This document shows, one piece after another, positions 1-8,940 of a stretch of DNA of 12,133 bases. Source of the DNA: Vulcanimicrobiaceae bacterium (GTDB taxonomy: Bacteria > Vulcanimicrobiota > Vulcanimicrobiia > Vulcanimicrobiales > Vulcanimicrobiaceae); the NCBI GenBank assembly GCA_046262595.1, contig JBHEMM010000029.1:1-12133 (forward strand). The letters run 5' to 3'. Below the pieces are notes generated by a model, which was given only the letters and a program-made list of their open reading frames with translations, made no database searches and was not told the DNA's origin. Positions within the stretch are counted from its first letter, which is position 1, and the number at the start of each line of letters is the position of its first letter. The position numbers and the translations under genes are program-made.

Positions 1-2
1 CA

Positions 3-796
3 ATGGACCCGCGTGTTCGTAAAGCATTAGAAGAGTGGGTCAAACAGGGAAACACCGTGGCGCTGTTTGGTGCAGCGCCGTCTTTTGTGCCCCCGCTCTT
101 CGGTGCGCGCGCGCGCTTCGGCGGCTCGCGCGATGCCGTCACGGACTGCGGCGTGCGCGCCGGGCCGTATGCGGTGACGGGTCCGTTCCCGCAAACGTTT
201 TCCGCGGGGTGCTCGAGAACCCGCGCGACGCTGCTGCGCTCGGGCGCGCGTGCTGCCGGCATTGCGTACGCGTATGGAAAAGGCACCGTCGTCCTCGTCA
301 CGTCCGCACAGCCGTTCGACAACGAGCATTTGAGCAAAGCGGGCAACGCCCGTTTCGCGTACGATCTTTTTGCTCCGCTCGGACCGGTCGCTTTTGACGA
401 GCGCCTCTACGGCTATGCGAACGATCGCAGCTTGTGGCAGGTGATCCCGCCGCCGGCGCGTTTGGCGATCGTCATTGCCGGTATCGCGCTGCTGCTCGCG
501 CTCGCCGGTGCGAACCTGCCGTTCGCGCCGCCGCTGACGTTGGAAGAAAAAGCCGTGCGCGACTCTTCAGAGTATCTGCATTCGCTCGCGTCGATGCTCC
601 GGCGCGGGCGCGCGCACCGCGACGCGGTCGCACGGTTCTGCACACCGATCAAAAAAGCGCTTGCGCCGCACGCGGCGCAGCCTGACGCCCGCGCAATGCT
701 CGAAGAAGCGCGCTCGCTGGAGATGCAACTGTCACTGCACGAGGAAGATGTCCTTGCAGCGGCGCGCATCTTCGCTCGTGTTCGAAAGGATTATCC

Positions 797-803
<7 letters not shown>
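3..803 (+). CDS. DUF4350-like membrane-anchored protein of the MoxR cluster (probably 5'-truncated by the window edge)
   Basis: Motifs such as 'WVKQGNTVALF', 'YGKGTVVLVTSAQPFDNEHLSKAGNARFA' and 'VAFDE', then one hydrophobic helix (RLAIVIAGIALLLALAG) and 'FAPP...EYLHSLASMLRR', resemble DUF4350 proteins found upstream of MoxR. The stop overlaps the moxR start (ATGCTAA, 797-803). The true start is likely upstream of base 1. Confidence 0.75.
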
Positions 804-1748
<945 letters not shown>

Positions 1749-1762
<14 letters not shown>

Positions 1763-3089
1763 CGTACCGTGGCTCGCGCTGTGGCTGGGGCCGCGCGCGT
1801 ATTGGGCGCTCAGCATCCTCGCGATGTTGTTCGCGGCGGCTGCGCCGCTGCACGCGGTGCTTTTTGCAGCTTATGCGGGCGCCGCCGCGTTCGCAGTCCT
1901 TATCGTGGCCGACGCCGTGCTCATACGGCGCGCCGCTGCCTTCGAGATGACGCGGCGGCCGCCCGAACCGTTTGCAATGGGCCGCCGCGCATCGCTTGGA
2001 TACATATTGCGCAATCACGCCGCATATGCGCTGCGCACGGGCTCGATCGAAGCACCGCTGCATCTCCTGCGGTACGAATGCGACGAACTCACGGTACGCG
2101 TGCCGCCGGCAAGCGAGGTGCGCGTGGAGCGCGCGGTGCTGCCGGTGGCGCGGGGCTCGGGCGACCTGCAAACGCTTTTCGCCTGGTACGAAACGCCGAT
2201 CGGATTGTTGCGGCGACGCATGCGCGTTGCGGCGGGGGCTTCCGTGCGCGTGTATCCCGATCTGAGCGCTGTCGAGCGGTACGGATCGCTTCAGGCGCGT
2301 AACCGCTTAATCGAATCGGGATTGCGGCGCATGCGTCTGCGGGGCGCCGGAACCGAGCCTGAAAGCGTGCGCGAATGGGAAGCCGGCGATGCGTTCCGGG
2401 CAATCGATTGGAAAGCCACCGCGCGCACCGGCAAAGTGATGGTCGTCCAATACGAAGTCGAGCGCAGCCAAAACGTCGTGATCCTGCTCGACGCCGGACG
2501 GCTGATGATGCCGCGCATCGGCCTGCAGCGCAAGTTCGATTACGCCGTGACGGCGGCACTTTCGGTTGCCTCCATCGCGGCGCTCGCCAACGACAAAGTT
2601 GGCGTGGTCGCTTTCGCGGGCGAGATCCTGCGCGCTTCCGCGCCGCGCCAACATGGACGTTCGCTCGAGCGTCTTGCGCAGGAGATGCACGACATCGAGC
2701 CGCGTTTTGAAGAAGCGGATTACGACAAAGCGTTTGCGTATCTGCGCGCGCACGTGCATAAGCGCAGCTTAATCGTTTTCTTTACCGATATGATCGATCC
2801 GGCAGCGCAAAGTTCCGTGCTCGCGCAGCTCGCGACGCTGAGCCGGCGGCATCTGGTGATCTGCGCGTTCATGAACGATGCCGCCGTAGAAACGGCGCTC
2901 GAACGGGAGCCTGCAGACGCGCGCGAGGCTTATACGCAAAGTGTTGCGCTGGACCTGCAGGCAGAACGGCGGCTCGCTTCGGCGACGCTGGTGCGCATGG
3001 GTGTACGCGCGATCGACGTGCCGGCGCGCCTTTTGACGACAACGCTTATCGATCGCTATCTTCAGATAAAGCAGCGGGTTCAACTCTAG
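1749..3089 (+). CDS. DUF58-domain (VWA-like) protein, MoxR partner
   Basis: N-terminal hydrophobic helices, 'VRVYPD', DUF58 core 'GTEPESVREWEAGDAFRAIDWKATARTGKVMVVQYEVERSQNVVILLDAGRLM', then 'DKVGVVAF' and 'RSLIVFFTD'. Start placed at GTG 1749, overlapping the moxR 3' end; TTG 1737 is an alternative. Confidence 0.9.
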
Positions 3090-4038
3090 GCACGCCAAAA
3101 TAAACGAGCAGCGCGAACGCCGTTGCGATGCCCATGCCGGCGCGCACCGCTTCCGAAAAGCGCAATGGTGAGAAGAAGCCCTCGATCGCGCCGGCAACCG
3201 GCAGCATTGCCGCTACCCCGCAGATGAGGACGCCCGCACGGCGCGCGTTGCGCACGAGCGCTTCACTCCGGCGCAAACGTCCGGGCAGCAGCACGCCCGC
3301 CGCAAGCAGCAGCCCCGCTCCGCCGGCGATTTGAATCGCGGTGAGCTCGATGAAGCCGTGCGGCGCAATCGTCACCCAAAAATCCGTTCCGAAGCCCGCG
3401 CGTCCGTAGAGTGCGCCCAAGGCGCCGAGCATCAACCCGTTCAGCGCAATCTCGTACACCGTAAAAACGCCTAGCGTGACGATTCCTGCGGCGAACGCAA
3501 GAACGGCTACGCGGATGTTGTTCGTAATGATCAGCGACGACATTTCGGCCGACCGCTGCGGCGAAAACGCGAAGTTCGAGTTGTGCAGGCTGCGCGTGAT
3601 GTGCGCGGGGATCATCGAGTCCGGCACGAGCGCACTTGCATCGGCCGGCCGGTTCATGACGACGATGTAGGCAACGCATGCGCAAAACACGGTCAAAACA
3701 ACGCAAATGCCGATGGAGGTCCACGACGCGCGAACCTCCGCCGGGAAGGTGTAGACGAAGAAGCGCGCGGCGCGGCGCCAGCCGCCCTCGAGATTCGCTC
3801 CGTAGACGAAGGCGTGCGCGCGCGCGGTGAGCCGGTTGAGATATAGCAGAACGCCGGCATCAAACCGGCGCCCTTGAGCGTATGCGAGATCGGACGTCAG
3901 CAGGCGGTAGAGGCGGCCGAATTCGAAAAGTTCGCCGGCGCTCAAACTCGAGAGGCCGCGTTTCCCGGCGCGCGTCAACAGCGTTTCAAGCCGTTCCCAA
4001 TTTTGCGTGCGGCGGCGTACGAACGAACGCTGATCCAT
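3046..4038 (-). CDS. SpoIIM-like / DUF95 integral membrane protein
   Basis: From ATG 4038: MDQRSFVRRRTQNWERLE, 'LYRLLTSDLAYAQ', 'YLNRLTARAH', 'IITNNIRVA', 'NGLMLG', 'IAPHGFIELTAI', 'AGAIEGFFSP', typical of the SpoIIM-like family in MoxR clusters. The upstream part of the 439-aa ORF is antisense to the RDD gene and is not considered real. Confidence 0.9.
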   Translation of the reverse strand: MDQRSFVRRRTQNWERLETLLTRAGKRGLSSLSAGELFEFGRLYRLLTSDLAYAQGRRFDAGVLLYLNRLTARAHAFVYGANLEGGWRRAARFFVYTFPAEVRASWTSIGICVVLTVFCACVAYIVVMNRPADASALVPDSMIPAHITRSLHNSNFAFSPQRSAEMSSLIITNNIRVAVLAFAAGIVTLGVFTVYEIALNGLMLGALGALYGRAGFGTDFWVTIAPHGFIELTAIQIAGGAGLLLAAGVLLPGRLRRSEALVRNARRAGVLICGVAAMLPVAGAIEGFFSPLRFSEAVRAGMGIATAFALLVYFGVPRVEPAALSEDSDR

Positions 4039-4080
4039 CTGCACAGGGCGCTTCGCGCACGTGCAGCGAACATCCCGCGG

Positions 4081-4818
4081 ATGGATCGCTCGCTCAGCGT
4101 TACAACGCCTGAGAGTATCGCCTTTTCGTACGAGCTCGCCGGCCTGGGCAGCCGCTTTCTCGCGGTGATGATCGATCTCCTGATCCAGATCGGCATTGTG
4201 CTCGTGATCGTGGTGGGCATCGTGCTCGCCCGCACGCAGCCGGGCACCTACCCGCGTGTCGCGGCCGAAACGCCTCTGTGGGCGAAGTCTGCGGCAATCG
4301 CGCTGATCGTCGTCGTCCTGTTCGCAATCTTCTTCGGGTATTTCATCCTGTTCGAAGCACTGCACGGCGGCCGCACGCCGGGAAAGCGGCTGGTCGGCAT
4401 CCGCGTCGTTCGCGACGGCGGTTACGCGATCGATTTTGGAAGCGCCGTGGTGCGCAATCTGGTGCGCGCCGGTGAGTTCGGGTTGGGCTTTTACGCGATC
4501 AGCGCGGCGTGCACGCTGATATCGAAGCAGAACAAACGCCTGGGCGATTTAGCCGCGGGCACCGTCGTGGTGCGGGACGCGCGTACCGTTTCGCTCGCGA
4601 TGCTGCACGCCCAGTCTGGCGCGGGAGGGCCGCCCTCGCCGCTTACCCCTGAAGAGCAGGTGATCGTCGACCGGTTTGTCGCGCGCCGGGCAACGTTGGC
4701 GCCCAATATCCGCGGCTTCCTTGCCGCCCGTATCGTCGACCGCATCCGTCCGCGCCTTTCGGAAGAACTGCGGCGGCTGGACGATGAAGCGCTTTTGGAG
4801 CGGCTTAGCGCTTCGTGA
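4081..4818 (+). CDS. RDD family membrane protein
   Basis: From ATG 4081: 'TPESIAFSYELAGLGSRFLAVMIDLLI', two TM helices, 'YFILFE..GGRTPGKRLVGIRVVRDGG', 'RNLVR' and 'KRLGDLAAGTVVV' are RDD signatures. Confidence 0.92.
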   Translation: MDRSLSVTTPESIAFSYELAGLGSRFLAVMIDLLIQIGIVLVIVVGIVLARTQPGTYPRVAAETPLWAKSAAIALIVVVLFAIFFGYFILFEALHGGRTPGKRLVGIRVVRDGGYAIDFGSAVVRNLVRAGEFGLGFYAISAACTLISKQNKRLGDLAAGTVVVRDARTVSLAMLHAQSGAGGPPSPLTPEEQVIVDRFVARRATLAPNIRGFLAARIVDRIRPRLSEELRRLDDEALLERLSAS

Positions 4819-5788
4819 TCTTCGCGGCGAGATCGCGCGCGAAGCAGAGCGCTTCGTTCTTCGTCGAGTCGTAAATTGCTTTGGCGTCGGCGGCGCTCAT
4901 CTGCCGTCCGTGTTCGTAAAAGAACGTCACGCCTTCGCCGACGACAATTGTCCCCGCGTATGCGATCGCGCCTTTGATGGCAATGCCGGCGACCGGAATG
5001 AAGCCCGAGAGTTCGCGCGCGAGGGAACGCCAGCCGAAGCCGCCGCCGATGACGGGCAGCAGCTGCCAGAGCCGCTGAACGTCCGGATCTTTGCCGTACG
5101 CGGCTTCGATCTGCAGCATGAGCATCATCTGAATGCCGGTGATCGCGACCATATCACCTGCCGACGCGAAGACGCCGGCGAGCAGGCCGATGACCGGAAT
5201 GTGATCGACGACAGCGCTCGCAAGCGAGACTTTGAGCGCGTTGCTGGCCGCATCGCGAGTGAGCTTCGCGCCGACGGCTTCGCGCAGCACGGGCAGCCGG
5301 CGCCCGACCGCAATTTCCACGCCCTTCGAACAGTCGATTAAATGCGCGAACACCCGGCCGCGCAACGCTTCGCGCGAAATGGCCGGGACGAAGTATTCGC
5401 CGTACGCGCCGCGCACCGGCGCAGCGGCCGGGCCGGATGCCGGCGCATCTTCATCAACGGTAACGCCTAGAATCGGCAGGTTCAGCGCGCGCAGCGGCGC
5501 CATGCCGGCCGCCGAAACGTCGCTTCCCCGGCCCAAAAAGATCACGGCCCGCGCTTCCGCCGGCAGCGAGATGTGCGGGACGCCCGGAACGATCGTCTCC
5601 AAGCACGCCGCCGCGTCCGGCGGGACAGTTTCTTCGCCATGCCCGGAGAGCAGCAGCGCCCGCAGCGAGGCCACCAGAGCCGGATCGCCGCACAGGTAGT
5701 ACCGGAACGGTTTACGCGTATGCGCGTGCACCGCGCGGACATCGATGCCCTTGCGTACCAGCCGCAGCAACTCCCCCGTCGCCGCCAC
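4805..5788 (-). CDS. DUF697/YcjF-like protein with an uncharacterised N-terminal alpha/beta domain
   Basis: The C-terminal half 'IPVIG...AGDMVAITGIQMMLMLQIEAAYG...GGGFGWRSLARELSGFIPVAGIAIKGAIAYAGTIVVG...FFYE' matches the DUF697 pattern from recall. The GTG start is 5 bp after the peptidase stop. Confidence 0.72.
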   Translation of the reverse strand: MAATGELLRLVRKGIDVRAVHAHTRKPFRYYLCGDPALVASLRALLLSGHGEETVPPDAAACLETIVPGVPHISLPAEARAVIFLGRGSDVSAAGMAPLRALNLPILGVTVDEDAPASGPAAAPVRGAYGEYFVPAISREALRGRVFAHLIDCSKGVEIAVGRRLPVLREAVGAKLTRDAASNALKVSLASAVVDHIPVIGLLAGVFASAGDMVAITGIQMMLMLQIEAAYGKDPDVQRLWQLLPVIGGGFGWRSLARELSGFIPVAGIAIKGAIAYAGTIVVGEGVTFFYEHGRQMSAADAKAIYDSTKNEALCFARDLAAKITKR

Positions 5789-5793
5789 GGCTA

Positions 5794-7848
5794 TTACGTG
5801 CCCCCGCTTGCGGCTTGACGGCGCGTCTGGCCGCCGGGATGCGCTTCGTTTTGCGGATCGTCGGTGTAATCCAGGTAGATGAGTCCCAAAAATATCTCCA
5901 GCGCTTCGGCGTGCATGCCTCTGGCGTTGGCGATGTCGACGATGCTGCGGTGCTGCTCGTGCGACTCGCGGATGATTGCCTGCGGCGTCGTGCGCGTATC
6001 CGCCGCAACGATCGAGGCTGCCGTCAATTCGCCGGGCGTGACGTCGTCGTGCAGCATGTCGATGTAGCTCAAGTCATCCACGTTCCACCGTACGTTGATC
6101 GCCTTCTGAAGGGTCGCGTAACGCGGCGCCGATGTTCCCAGGCCCAGCATCGTGATCTCGGCGGAGAGTTGACGCGAGCGCGCCATGTTGTAGAGCTGCG
6201 AGGCTTGCGATGCCGATACCGCCGCCTGGCCCAGCGATGTCTGCGCCTTTTGCATATAGGGAAGCAGCGATTCGTAATCCATCTGCGAGTAGTCGTTGAA
6301 GTAGTTGAGCGATATCTGCTGCAGCCGCTTCACGAACGCGTCCAAGTCGCCCAAGCCTTGATCGAGCTGCATGGCGGATGCGCGGCCGGCATCCACCGCG
6401 CGCACCATATCGCCGTCCGCCGCCGAAAGCTCGCCGAACATGTGCGGATACGATGGAAAGACGGCCACGGAGTCGGAGGGAATCGGAACGGCCTTCATGG
6501 CGCCTTGCATGTCGGCGAGCACACGCGCGTTTTCCGCGAGAAGGCCGGTCGGCTTGTTTGTTTTTGTATCGACCGAGCCGACTTGCTCGACGGCTTGCGT
6601 GATGTCGGTGATCGCGCTGTTGACGGAACGCGACATGCCCGAAAGGCTGCGCTGCACGGCTTCGACGCGCGAGCCCTTTTTGATCTCCACGCGGCTGAAG
6701 TCCGGAATTTCGTAGCCGATCGTGTCCAAACGCTGCTTAAGCGAGTTCAGCTGGCTGTGCCCTTGATCGTGGCGTGCGCCGATCTGTGCTACGGCTTGCG
6801 TCTGCACGTCCAGCGCCTGCTGCATCTTTTGGTTGAGCGACGCGAGGTGGGGCCGCGTCAAGTCGACCTTGTGCACTTCCATCGCGCGCAGCGCCATCAC
6901 TTGCGCTTGGGCCGCGGCTTTGACTTGCGGCGAGCGGCTTTGCGCCAGTTCTCCCAGCGTCGCGCGGCTTTTGTTCGTCAAGCCCAACGCCAACTGCGCT
7001 TCGCTCTGTCCGAGCATCGCTTGCTGGTTGGCCGGATTCGTCTGGAGGATTTTTCCTAGTTCCAGGCTTGCCGAGCTGTACCGTGCTTGCTGCAGATCGT
7101 GCAGCGCCCAAACTAAGCGCTGGTCGGCGGTCGTCTTGGTCGGATCCAGTTCGGGATAGCCGAGCAGATGCGAAACGCGCGCGCCGGATCCGGGATGGTC
7201 CTGGAAATACTTGGTGACCAGATCGCTATGCTCGCCCTCGAGCGCACCCAAATGCTGCTGCATAGTAAGCATCGCTTCGGGGTCGTAACCCGCGCGCGAC
7301 ATCAGCAGCAAACCGTATTCGTCCGCCTGCAACTCGTCCTGGCGCGACATCTTAGCCATGGCACCGGCTTGAATGAGGTTGCCGAAATTGTAGATGAACG
7401 GCGAGAAGATCGAAGCGATTCCCAGGATCAGATTGAGGATTTGCGATTTGTTCTGCATCGTGACCGCATGGCGGCGCTCGATGTGGCCGGTTTCGTGACC
7501 GATGACGCCTGCCAATTCGTCGTCGGACTGCACGAAGTCGAGCAGTCCCTCGTTGACGTAGACATAGCCGCCCAATGTGGAAAAGGCGTTGATGTCGTTG
7601 TCTTTGACGATCTTGATATTGTAGGGAACGTCTTTGCGCGCCGTCTCCGCCCACAGTTTGTTCGAAACGCCTTGAACCCACGCGTTGAGCAGGGGGTCGG
7701 ATTCGATGACGCTGCCTTCGACGATCTGCTGATCGTAGTAGCGGCCCATTGAAATTTCGGTTTGCGTGGACGTCGCAAGCGCAGGTGACGGGCACATGGC
7801 ACCCATCAGCGAGATGATGACGGCAATGGGAATGACGCGGCGTAACAT
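5794..7848 (-). CDS. Exported M48-family zinc metalloprotease with TPR-like region and long helical C-terminal extension
   Basis: Signal peptide MLRRVIPIAVIISLMGAMCPSPALA. Peptidase motifs 'INAFSTLGGYVYVNEGLL', 'DELAGVIGHETGH' (HExxH at 7483-7497), 'SRQDELQADEYG', 'AGYDPEAM' and 'DHP...R'. TPR-like 'YSSASLELGKILQTNPANQQAMLGQSEAQLALG'. Ends in tandem stops TAA TAG. Confidence 0.92.
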   Translation of the reverse strand: MLRRVIPIAVIISLMGAMCPSPALATSTQTEISMGRYYDQQIVEGSVIESDPLLNAWVQGVSNKLWAETARKDVPYNIKIVKDNDINAFSTLGGYVYVNEGLLDFVQSDDELAGVIGHETGHIERRHAVTMQNKSQILNLILGIASIFSPFIYNFGNLIQAGAMAKMSRQDELQADEYGLLLMSRAGYDPEAMLTMQQHLGALEGEHSDLVTKYFQDHPGSGARVSHLLGYPELDPTKTTADQRLVWALHDLQQARYSSASLELGKILQTNPANQQAMLGQSEAQLALGLTNKSRATLGELAQSRSPQVKAAAQAQVMALRAMEVHKVDLTRPHLASLNQKMQQALDVQTQAVAQIGARHDQGHSQLNSLKQRLDTIGYEIPDFSRVEIKKGSRVEAVQRSLSGMSRSVNSAITDITQAVEQVGSVDTKTNKPTGLLAENARVLADMQGAMKAVPIPSDSVAVFPSYPHMFGELSAADGDMVRAVDAGRASAMQLDQGLGDLDAFVKRLQQISLNYFNDYSQMDYESLLPYMQKAQTSLGQAAVSASQASQLYNMARSRQLSAEITMLGLGTSAPRYATLQKAINVRWNVDDLSYIDMLHDDVTPGELTAASIVAADTRTTPQAIIRESHEQHRSIVDIANARGMHAEALEIFLGLIYLDYTDDPQNEAHPGGQTRRQAASGGT

Positions 7849-8009
7849 GCGGTGTGGCTCTCTCTACCCGGTCCGCCGGGCGGAAGTTGCAGCAATGGGC
7901 AATCCAAGAACGCAGGAGCAGCTTCCTGTGTTACGCGCGCAATCGGCGGCCGGCTCGTCGCCGGCGCGGGCCCGCTTGCTCGCGATTGCTTCTTGCAGAA
8001 CCATAGCGG

Positions 8010-8060
8010 TGTGGAGAACATGAGGATAAACCGAAGAACTTGTGCACCGCCTGTGGACAT
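8010..8060 (-). promoter_or_regulatory. Cluster of DnaA-box-like 9-mers in the divergent peptidase/minC intergenic region
   Basis: On the + strand: TGTGGAGAA (8010-8018) and TGAGGATAA (8021-8029), each 1 mismatch to TGTGGATAA; TGTGGACAT (8052-8060), 2 mismatches; and a weak TGTGCACCG (8041-8049). All share one orientation, in two pairs 11 bp apart. Confidence 0.5.
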
Positions 8061-8100
8061 CAAGGGGCAAGCCCCGTGGAGCGCGTCGAACCGCTCGGTG

Positions 8101-8940
8101 ATGGCGGTACTGCGCGGTAAAGGCCTCGGTCTCGAGGTCGCCTTGGGAGGACGTGATTTCGAGGCGGCCCTGGCCGAACTGCAAAGCAAGCTCGGCGAGC
8201 GTCCCGGCTTCTACCGCGGCAGTTCTGCCACTGCGGCGCTCGGCGCGTCCGCGTGCTCGCACGAGCAGATGGAACGCCTTCGGCTTCTTCTTGACGCGCA
8301 CGGAATCGCGCTCGAAGGCCTGTGCGGCGGTCCTTCGCTTGAATCGCTTGCGCAGGAGCTGGGCGTGCGTTTTGCCGCTCTGGACGACGGCGGTGAAGAG
8401 CTCGCCCGCCGCCGCGCGCTGCGTCCGACGCGCGAGGTTCAACTCTCCGACGCGGCGCGCTCGCTCGTGGCCGATTTTGCGGGAGCCCGCGCCGACATTG
8501 CGAACCGCCGGCAGCGCGGAGAAACCAGCGTGCGCCGCGCCGCTGCTGCAGCGGCGGGTCCCGTTTCGCCGGAGACGCCGCAGAGCGATGCGCCCGCGGC
8601 TCCCGCAACGCTGTATCACGTCGGCACCTTGCGCGGCGGGCAAGCGCTGCACAACCTCGGGAACATCGTGATCGTCGGCGACGTGAACCCGGGAGCGGAA
8701 CTCGTGGCAAGCGGCGACATCGTCGTGTTCGGCGCGCTGCGCGGCGTCGCGCACGCCGGCGCGCAAGGCGATGCGGGCGCGCGCGTGTACGCAATCGATC
8801 TCGCTCCCACGCAGCTGCGCATCGCAACCTATATTGCTGCGGATGCGGGAAATCGTTCGCATGCGGCGGTACATCCGGAAGTTGCATGCGTTCAAAACGA
8901 ACGCATTGCGATCGTTTCAAAGGAGCGTCCATCGCCGTGA
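8101..8940 (+). CDS. minC: Septum site-determining protein MinC
   Basis: N-domain 'LRGKGLGLEV...LQSKLGERPGFYRG'. C-terminal beta-helix 'TLRGGQALHNLGNIVIVGDVNPGAELVASGDIVVFGALRGVAHAGAQGD..ARVYAIDLAPTQLRIA'. Lies directly upstream of minD. Start placed at ATG 8101 rather than 7852. Confidence 0.94.
   Translation: MAVLRGKGLGLEVALGGRDFEAALAELQSKLGERPGFYRGSSATAALGASACSHEQMERLRLLLDAHGIALEGLCGGPSLESLAQELGVRFAALDDGGEELARRRALRPTREVQLSDAARSLVADFAGARADIANRRQRGETSVRRAAAAAAGPVSPETPQSDAPAAPATLYHVGTLRGGQALHNLGNIVIVGDVNPGAELVASGDIVVFGALRGVAHAGAQGDAGARVYAIDLAPTQLRIATYIAADAGNRSHAAVHPEVACVQNERIAIVSKERPSP

Noticed and set aside
3046..4038. SpoIIM-like gene as evidence of sporulation
   Set aside because: This DUF95-type family is common in MoxR clusters of non-sporulating bacteria.
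3874..4365. Mutually overlapping 5' extensions of the RDD (from 3874) and SpoIIM-like (from 4365) ORFs
   Set aside because: Each extension is the antisense of the other gene. Family-typical N-termini start at 4081 and 4038.
5815..7059. Long antisense or alternative-frame ORFs (e.g. 5815-7059 +, 7864-8895 -, 8060-9106 -, 9117-9926 -, 11334-12101 -)
   Set aside because: These are shadow ORFs of well-supported genes, expected in high-GC DNA, and show no recognisable motifs.
7774..7848. Lipoprotein signal in the M48 peptidase (Cys in GAMC)
   Set aside because: GAMC does not fit the lipobox [LVI][ASTVI][GAS]C. An SPase I site at ALA follows and fits better.
7867..7965. Short hairpins in the intergenic region (CCCGG-TCCG-CCGGG 7867-7880; CGCAGGA...TCCTGTG 7911-7930; GCCGGC...GCCGGC 7949-7965) as an ncRNA or riboswitch
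   Set aside because: The stems are short and GC-driven, with no recognisable RNA family motif or U-tract. An Rfam/covariance search would be needed.
7852..8100. 83-codon N-terminal extension of minC in the ORF track
   Set aside because: It has no MinC-like character and would fill the whole divergent promoter region. MinC similarity begins at ATG 8101.
7990..8100. Possible replication origin (oriC) at the DnaA-box-like cluster
   Set aside because: There is no perfect box, no clear AT-rich unwinding element and no dnaA/dnaN nearby. It is kept only as a candidate regulatory site.
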